Of a DNA stretch of 64,000 bases, positions 57,956 through 64,000 are shown in pieces. Numbering within the stretch: position 1 is the stretch's first letter; each line of letters opens with the position of its first letter. A program made the position numbers and the translations under genes. Origin of the DNA: an uncultured bacterium (GTDB taxonomy: Bacteria > Vulcanimicrobiota > Xenobia > Xenobiales > Xenobiaceae); assembly GCA_934621605.1 (NCBI GenBank), contig CAKTUZ010000012.1, forward strand, positions 12,074 to 76,073, read 5' to 3'. The notes beneath the pieces were generated by a model that saw only the letters and a program-made list of their open reading frames with translations, was not told the origin of the DNA and searched no databases.

Positions 57956-59056
57956 ATGAAAGCCAAGATCGAGTGGATAGTTAAGCTGTTCAATTCCGTT
58001 TATTTTCGCCTTTTAACCGGAATTGCACTCTTAGGGATTCTGTTCTTTTACCTAGATATTAATTCTTTGCGACAACTGTTAAATTCATGTCAGCCTAAAC
58101 TATTAGTCTTAGCCTGGTTAGCTCTGTTCGGAACTATTTTAACCGGCGCTTTGTCTTGGAAAATTCTTCTCAAAAGTTTAGGCTTCCGTTTAGACTTTTG
58201 GCCTTCTTTGAAGCTTACTTTAGCCGCTTATGGATTGAATAATTTGCTTATAGGCGGTTTTTGGGGGGAACTTTATCGCTTAAAGGCAGCGCAGAAGTAC
58301 TCGATACAGCCAACCGCAGCAGCTTATGCAGTCATTTTTGAATTGTGGGCCTCAGCCTGCGCTCTAATAGTTGCCGCTTCTGCGGCTTTATGTTTTATAA
58401 GCTGTAAACTGAATAATACTCTTGACACACCCTTGGCTTTGGCAACAAGTACAAATATTTATATTTTTATCATTTTTTATCTGCTGACCTTAACCATAGT
58501 TTTATTCTTAGGTTATTATTTTTTTTCTGATTTTATTATATATCTATATAGATCAAAAGATCAATTTTCAATAGTACATAAGCATGCCAGTATACGCCAT
58601 TACATTTTTCAATACATTAAAATTAAAACTATAAACATTATCCTAAAATTCGGAATTAAACAAGATACTATTTATCATAATATTGATTTTCTTATTAAGA
58701 ATAAAAAGTCAATAAAGAGATCTTTAATTGCAGCAATTATTATCAATATCTTTACATCTATAAGCGAAGCTATATCTTATGTATTTTTGGCAAACGCCAT
58801 AAATATTGATACTGAATTTCATCAATTTTTAAGTACAGTTCCGCTCTTTAGTATATTGTCATGGTTACCAATTTCGCTCAATGGTCTGGGAATTCAGGAA
58901 GTGGCAGCTTTAATCGTGTGGCAACCTTTTGGTTTTAGTCAAGAAGCTATCATTACAGTTTCTGCTCTCAACCATATTATCAAATTAACTTGGGCTGCTT
59001 TTGGAGTAATTATTTATATATTAGAAAGCTGCTCTAAATCCCTAAAAATAAAATAA
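57956..59056 (+). CDS. UPF0104 / lysylphosphatidylglycerol-synthase-TM-like (flippase-like) membrane protein.
   Basis: Multi-TM protein with an N-terminus like LPG_synthase_TM family members. Confidence 0.55.
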   Translation: MKAKIEWIVKLFNSVYFRLLTGIALLGILFFYLDINSLRQLLNSCQPKLLVLAWLALFGTILTGALSWKILLKSLGFRLDFWPSLKLTLAAYGLNNLLIGGFWGELYRLKAAQKYSIQPTAAAYAVIFELWASACALIVAASAALCFISCKLNNTLDTPLALATSTNIYIFIIFYLLTLTIVLFLGYYFFSDFIIYLYRSKDQFSIVHKHASIRHYIFQYIKIKTINIILKFGIKQDTIYHNIDFLIKNKKSIKRSLIAAIIINIFTSISEAISYVFLANAINIDTEFHQFLSTVPLFSILSWLPISLNGLGIQEVAALIVWQPFGFSQEAIITVSALNHIIKLTWAAFGVIIYILESCSKSLKIK

Positions 59057-59098
59057 GTTCCGCCTCCTTCAATTACTTTGAAGAAAACCGGAACTTAA
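59054..59098. terminator. Bidirectional hairpin between convergent genes.
   Basis: TAAGTTCCG ... CGGAACTTA: a 9-bp stem with a nested TTCAA/TTGAA palindrome in the loop. Confidence 0.45.
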
Positions 59099-59148
59099 AT
59101 TAATTAAAAACGTTTAGGCACTACCCATCACATACACATGCCCACCAA

Positions 59149-60255
59149 TTACGGTTTAAATAATGTTCTTTTTTTGTCATTATAACGTGCAATAGCTAAA
59201 CTTATCAAACGATCCAAAAGCTCACTGTATTCGACACCGGAAGCTTCCCAAAGCTTGCTAAACATAGAAAACTGAGTAAAACCTGGCAAAGTATTAACTT
59301 CATTAAGCCAAATATTGCCTTGAGAGTCCATAAGAAAATCGATACGGGCCAATCCATTAAGATCGGCGGCTGTCCAAGCTTTTTGCGCCAACTTCTTAAT
59401 TTCCATTACAGTTTCCTTAGGTAACGGCGCAGGAATAAGAAGTTGCGGAGCTCCGTCGTTTTTATATTTAGTACTGTAATCATAAAATTCGCTGGTATAA
59501 GTAATCTCACCAGGTACAGAGCATTCAGGAACATCGTTACCAATAACGCCAATTTCAATTTCGCGAGGAGATTGGCAGGCAGCTTCTACCAAAACTTTAC
59601 GATCAAATTTGGCCGCCAGCACCAAGGACTCACCCAATTCTTCTCTAGTGTCGGCTTTAGTAATCCCTACGCTTGAACCTGCGTTGGAAGGTTTAACAAA
59701 ACAAGGTAAACCGGGCTTCTTAAGAGCCTTTTCCACACAACTATCCAAATCTGCTTCAATTTTAGAACGCAATAAAGTTACGCTAGGCAAGACTGGCAAT
59801 CCATTGTGAGCCCAAACGTCTTTAATAACAGCCTTATCCATACCAACAGCCGAAGCCAAAACACCATCGCCTACATAGGGAATATCGGCCATCTCAAGCA
59901 AACCCTGAATAGTGCCATCTTCGCCAAAAGTACCATGTAAAACTGGGAAAACTACATCAAAGTTGAGATCTAATAATTCATGAGAATTATTTTTATACTC
60001 TGAAATCGAGCGTCCCTGATAGCCGGGACGAACAGTAGCTTCCCCCTCTTCACTATCTTCGACAATTCCTTTATTTAAGGCCGATTGAGCTTGAGAACCA
60101 ATCACCCATCGACCGCTACGCGAAATACCAGCAAGAAAAACATTATACTTTTCAGGTGACAAAGCCGCTGCTACAGAGCGAGCTGACAACACGCTTATTT
60201 CATGTTCAGCCGACTTTCCACCAAAGACGACCAATATATTAAGTTTTTTAATCAT
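59149..60255 (-). CDS. ddl: D-alanine--D-alanine ligase.
   Basis: ILVVFGGKSAEHEISVLSA N-terminus and ATP-grasp body. Confidence 0.9.
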   Translation of the reverse strand: MIKKLNILVVFGGKSAEHEISVLSARSVAAALSPEKYNVFLAGISRSGRWVIGSQAQSALNKGIVEDSEEGEATVRPGYQGRSISEYKNNSHELLDLNFDVVFPVLHGTFGEDGTIQGLLEMADIPYVGDGVLASAVGMDKAVIKDVWAHNGLPVLPSVTLLRSKIEADLDSCVEKALKKPGLPCFVKPSNAGSSVGITKADTREELGESLVLAAKFDRKVLVEAACQSPREIEIGVIGNDVPECSVPGEITYTSEFYDYSTKYKNDGAPQLLIPAPLPKETVMEIKKLAQKAWTAADLNGLARIDFLMDSQGNIWLNEVNTLPGFTQFSMFSKLWEASGVEYSELLDRLISLAIARYNDKKRTLFKP

Positions 60256-60400
60256 AGCTGCGTTCTGTTCTATACCTAAGAGATTGAGCCTGCCGCTTCA
60301 GTCCTTTTTATTTGCCTACTCAAGCAGGTTTTCAAGCTATACTCGCTAAAGTTCGCGGTTCAAGTTTTTTTCAAAAGTTTAAATTGTTCGTGATAAAAAA

Positions 60401-61141
60401 ATGTTAGAAACAAAAGATACCATTGTTGTTTTATGCAGTCCTGAGGGTGAAGCCAATATGGGCGGAGCCGCTCGTTCTATGACCTGTTTCGGTTTAAATA
60501 AACTCGTTTTGGTCTCACCGCGCAAACAACCAGGCATAACTGCTCAGAACTGGGCTTGTCATGGCTTGGAAGTTTTGCAAGCGGCTAAACAAGTATCAAC
60601 TTTGGAAGAAGCGCTCTCGGAAGTAAATTTTGCTTTTGGATTTACCAGACGTTACGGTAAAAAACGCCACAAGCTTCTGTCGCTGCCCGACTTAAAAAGC
60701 GAATTGGACGCTCACGTCCAACCGGGCAAAGTAGCTTTAGTCTTTGGTAACGAAGAATCAGGGCTATCTAATGAAGAACTGGAAGGCTGCCATCGTCTGG
60801 TAACTATCCCCAGTGAAGGTTCGCTGAATCTTTCTCACTCGGTTTCTTTAGCCTTATATGAGCTTTTCGGTCGCTCTCACAGCGTTCCCGGAACTCAGCA
60901 AAAAAAATTGGCTGCAGCAGATAAGCGCCTCAAATTAATGAAAGCTGTGGGTAACTACTTAGAAGAAATGGGCTATCCACCTCAACGAGGAGCCAGCAAA
61001 TTGGAAGAAATTGCCAAATTCAGTGATATTTTAGATCGCGCCCAGTTAGAAGATTGGGAAATTGGCTACATTGGCGGCATGTTTAAACATCTCTATGTAA
61101 AATTTCAAGAATTGCAAAGTAAAATCGACAGCTTTAAGTAA
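60401..61141 (+). CDS. SpoU/TrmH-family RNA 2'-O-methyltransferase (TrmJ-like).
   Basis: LVFGNEESGLSNEEL and VTIPSEGSLNLSHSV SPOUT motifs. Confidence 0.75.
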   Translation: MLETKDTIVVLCSPEGEANMGGAARSMTCFGLNKLVLVSPRKQPGITAQNWACHGLEVLQAAKQVSTLEEALSEVNFAFGFTRRYGKKRHKLLSLPDLKSELDAHVQPGKVALVFGNEESGLSNEELEGCHRLVTIPSEGSLNLSHSVSLALYELFGRSHSVPGTQQKKLAAADKRLKLMKAVGNYLEEMGYPPQRGASKLEEIAKFSDILDRAQLEDWEIGYIGGMFKHLYVKFQELQSKIDSFK

Positions 61142-61264
61142 GATAAATAAGAAACGATAAAAGCTAATGACTATTATATTACTCATGCATTTATTATTTA
61201 TCTATTTTACATAATTGTTGCATATTAAGTTTTAGAAAATAAAAAAATCCAGTACGGAGGCCCT

Positions 61265-63427
61265 ATGAATATCAATCAATGGAAAAAAGCGGCAACTATG
61301 TGCGGCTTGATGTTGGCTACTGTAGCTATTCAACCCGCTTATGCCGAAACTCCCCAGACCGGAGAATGCGCTAAAAAAGCCGGTTGCTGTGCTAAAAGCA
61401 GTTCGACTTGCGCTCGCTCTCAAACAGCTTCTGATTCTTGCTGTACCGGGTCAAAAACTGAAACTAAAGCCGATTCCAGAACAGGCAGCGGTATAAATGA
61501 GCAAGATTTTGATCGCTCTGTTAAACCCAGCGATAATTTCTATGAATATGCCATCGGTGGCTGGAAAAAGGCCAATCCTATCCCCGGCGATCAGGCTCGT
61601 TGGGGTACCTTCACCATTTTAGCCGACAATAATTATAATATCCTGCACGAAATTCTAGAAGAAGCTGCTGCCAATCCTCAAAGTGAACTAGAAACTAAGT
61701 TAGGCAAACTTTACAAGAGCGGTATGAACGAAAAAGCTCGCCAACAAGTAGGTATTGCTCCTTTAGAGAGTGAGCTTAAAGCTGTTCAAGATATCAAAGA
61801 TTCCACCGCATTGCTTAATATGATAGCTTATCAGCATAGTCGCGGCTTAACTCCTTATTTCAATTTAGATTCAGCTCAGGATGACAAAAATAGCACTAAG
61901 ATTGTAGCTACTATTTGGCAAGCTGGCTTAGGCTTACCCGAGCGCGACTATTATATCCGCACGGACGATCAATCTAAGAAACTGCGCTCCCAGTATGTCA
62001 GTTTCATGACTAATATGTTTAAACTGGCCGGTTATCCGGCTCGCAAGGCCCAAACAGCTGCTCGCAATGTTATGGACATCGAAACCAGTTTAGCCAAAGC
62101 TTCTCTACCTGCCGCCGAAATGCGCGATCCGCAGAAGATGTACCATATGATGAGCCAAGATAGTTTGACTAACCTTGTTCCAACTATTGATTGGAATAGC
62201 TACTACAAAACTATCGGCATTAACGTCCCCCAGGAAGTTAATGTCACTGTCCCTGACTTTATGAAGTCTGTTAACGGCCTTTTGAACGATAAGTCGCTCT
62301 TCGCTAAACATAAAGATTATTTAGCTTGGCGTGTTATTTCCTCAGGAGCTCCTTATCTGACTAAAGAATTTGAAGAATGTTCTTTCAATTTCTACAGCAA
62401 AACCTTACGCGGCATTAAAGTTATGAAACCTAGCTGGAAGAGAGTTACCGGTGTAGTCGATAACTTAATGGGACACGGCTTGGGTCAGCTTTATGTTAAG
62501 AGAGCTTTTCCCCCCGAAGCTAAACAAAAAGTATTGGATATGGTGAAGAATATTACAGCTTACATGGCTGAAGATATTCCTCGTTTGGATTGGATGAGTG
62601 AAACTACCAAACAGGAAGCTTTAAATAAGCTGCACGCTTTCCGAGCCAAAATCGGCTATCCGGACGTACCTCGTGATTACTCCAAGCTTACCATTACTGA
62701 TTCTTACTATGATAATATGCGCAATGCTGAACGCTTTGAAAAGCAGCGCAGCTTAGCCAAAATCGGTAAACCTATCGATCCCAATGATTGGTATATGGCT
62801 CCTCAGGAAGTTAATGCCTATTACGCTCCCAGCGATAATGAAATCGTCTTCCCGGCAGGTATTTTACAGCCTCCGTTCTTTGATCCAAAAGTTGATGATG
62901 CAACAAACTACGGTGGTATAGGCATGGTAATTGGTCATGAAATCAGTCACGGTTTCGATGATCAAGGCGCTCAGTATGACGGTCAAGGTAATATGCGCAA
63001 CTGGTGGACAGCTGAAGATAAAGCCAAATTTGATAAGTTGACTAAGGGTGTAGAAGAACAATTTTCTTCTTATGTTGTTCAGGGGCAACATCTTAATGGC
63101 AAACTTGTGTTGGGTGAATCTATTGCAGACTTAAGCGGTTTAGCTCTTGCTTGGGGCGCTTATCAAAAATCACTTAACGGCAAAGAGGGTCCTATTATCA
63201 ATGGTTATACTCCGGCTCAGCGTTTCTTCCTCAGTTATGCCAAGATTTGGGCTATCAACATTAGTCCAGAGATGGAAAAATTACAAATCAATACCGATCC
63301 TCATCCCACAGCCATATGGCGTGTAAACGGTCCGCTTTCCAATATGGAGACTTTCTTTAAGGCCTTTGACATTCCTGAAGGTTCTCCCATGTGTCGTCCG
63401 GCCGATCAGCGCAATAAAATATGGTAA
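61265..63427 (+). CDS. pepO: M13-family zinc metallopeptidase (PepO / neprilysin-like).
   Basis: Signal peptide, then HEISHGFDDQG (HExxH), NAYY and the downstream GESIADLSG (ExxxD). Confidence 0.85.
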   Translation: MNINQWKKAATMCGLMLATVAIQPAYAETPQTGECAKKAGCCAKSSSTCARSQTASDSCCTGSKTETKADSRTGSGINEQDFDRSVKPSDNFYEYAIGGWKKANPIPGDQARWGTFTILADNNYNILHEILEEAAANPQSELETKLGKLYKSGMNEKARQQVGIAPLESELKAVQDIKDSTALLNMIAYQHSRGLTPYFNLDSAQDDKNSTKIVATIWQAGLGLPERDYYIRTDDQSKKLRSQYVSFMTNMFKLAGYPARKAQTAARNVMDIETSLAKASLPAAEMRDPQKMYHMMSQDSLTNLVPTIDWNSYYKTIGINVPQEVNVTVPDFMKSVNGLLNDKSLFAKHKDYLAWRVISSGAPYLTKEFEECSFNFYSKTLRGIKVMKPSWKRVTGVVDNLMGHGLGQLYVKRAFPPEAKQKVLDMVKNITAYMAEDIPRLDWMSETTKQEALNKLHAFRAKIGYPDVPRDYSKLTITDSYYDNMRNAERFEKQRSLAKIGKPIDPNDWYMAPQEVNAYYAPSDNEIVFPAGILQPPFFDPKVDDATNYGGIGMVIGHEISHGFDDQGAQYDGQGNMRNWWTAEDKAKFDKLTKGVEEQFSSYVVQGQHLNGKLVLGESIADLSGLALAWGAYQKSLNGKEGPIINGYTPAQRFFLSYAKIWAINISPEMEKLQINTDPHPTAIWRVNGPLSNMETFFKAFDIPEGSPMCRPADQRNKIW

Positions 63428-63521
63428 ACGCTACAGCAGTTACCGAAAGCGCTGTAAAGCCCCTGCCTTCGGACATGGGAAATATTTTGGTTTTAGCTAC
63501 AACTTGTAATCGGTAATCAAA

Positions 63522-63559
63522 ATAAAGCGGACTGAGAGATACTTTCAGTTCGCTTTATT
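63522..63559. terminator. Bidirectional terminator hairpin.
   Basis: ATAAAGCGGACTGA ... TCAGTTCGCTTTAT: 14-bp stem with one G-U pair. Confidence 0.5.
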
Positions 63560-63596
63560 TACCATTAATCGAATATAGTATAAAATTTAAACTAGG

Positions 63597-64000
63597 CTAT
63601 TCTATCTTACCAACAATTTTAGCACCCAAAGTTTGCATATGCTCAAAGAAGACACAATTAAGTAATTGTTCATCATGCGGAATTGTATTGTTTTTTTGGG
63701 CCGTTTCACAACTGCAATCAAAAGTTGCCGCCGTATTCAAAGGTACTACCAAATTCCAATGGCAACGACGCGAGATTGAATAAAATCTGAGACCTGCTAC
63801 CAAATGGTATAAGCATAAATCGGTAACTCCGCCCATAACTATTATGGTATGCAACTTATCTAAAGTGAGTAAGTGATTAAGTAAAGAAGTATCAACTAAT
63901 GAGCTGATCGTTTGTTTATTAATAATCAAAAAATCTTTAGCGCAATCTAAAGAAGTAAGAGCATCCTCTAATTGGCTTTCAGGACTATCTCTTAAACAAT
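63597..64000 (-). CDS. Isochorismatase/cysteine-hydrolase-family protein, partial. The N-terminus lies beyond the window end.
   Basis: IIVMGGVTDLCLYHLVAGL resembles the catalytic-Cys region of nicotinamidase/isochorismatase. The frame is open to the window edge. Confidence 0.4.
   Translation of the reverse strand, partial: CLRDSPESQLEDALTSLDCAKDFLIINKQTISSLVDTSLLNHLLTLDKLHTIIVMGGVTDLCLYHLVAGLRFYSISRRCHWNLVVPLNTAATFDCSCETAQKNNTIPHDEQLLNCVFFEHMQTLGAKIVGKIE

Noticed and set aside
1-64000. tRNA, rRNA or tmRNA genes.
   Set aside because: No cloverleaf-compatible segments with T-loop GTTCGAATC-like motifs and no rRNA-like conserved stretches were found by eye. This cannot exclude a small ncRNA without a covariance-model scan.

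Overview
The window comes from a bacterium with about 40% GC, coding densely on both strands, and no rRNA, tRNA or CRISPR array was recognised. The recognisable core genes are bioB-bioD-bioA, ogt, lepA, hup, mutM, ddl, a TrmH-family RNA methyltransferase, M13 and M28 peptidases, a nitroreductase, a HAD hydrolase and a Zn-dependent alcohol dehydrogenase. A hopanoid side-chain gene set is present (hpnH, a GT2 glycosyltransferase, an HpnG-like phosphorylase, hpnA, and possibly an HpnJ-like B12 radical SAM protein and an HpnL-like membrane protein).

The first ~15 kb reads as a decaying defence island. It opens with a two-gene module, a classic-clade AAA+ ATPase followed by a large repeat-bearing glycine-zipper protein. 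It also carries two paralogous Schlafen-like AlbA_2/HATPase_c_4/wHTH genes and a type III R-M relic whose mod is reduced to its last ~109 codons and whose res is frameshifted twice and truncated. That relic is fused head-to-head to an N-terminally truncated SNF2-type helicase followed by a DUF4391-like gene. A standalone OLD-family ATPase/TOPRIM nuclease lies at 54.7–56.8 kb.

An IS200/IS605 element (frameshifted tnpA, intact tnpB, candidate omega-RNA region) sits at ~18.8–20.8 kb, next to a GNAT gene that is truncated at its N-terminus.

The most unusual region is a ~10-kb one-strand array at 22.95–32.9 kb. It is built from reiterated modules of three protein types: N-terminal zinc-ribbon proteins with a C-terminal transmembrane anchor, secreted Sel1-repeat proteins, and small membrane proteins sharing a conserved PKRxKAC motif. 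Several members carry leaderless GspG/pseudopilin-like domains, and the array ends next to a glycine-zipper membrane protein and a RhuM–unknown–YkgJ operon.

A second unexplained locus at 47.5–50.1 kb holds three tandem diverged paralogs of an unrecognised protein family. Two of them are preceded by a duplicated ~300-bp leader carrying a sigma70-like promoter and a hairpin.
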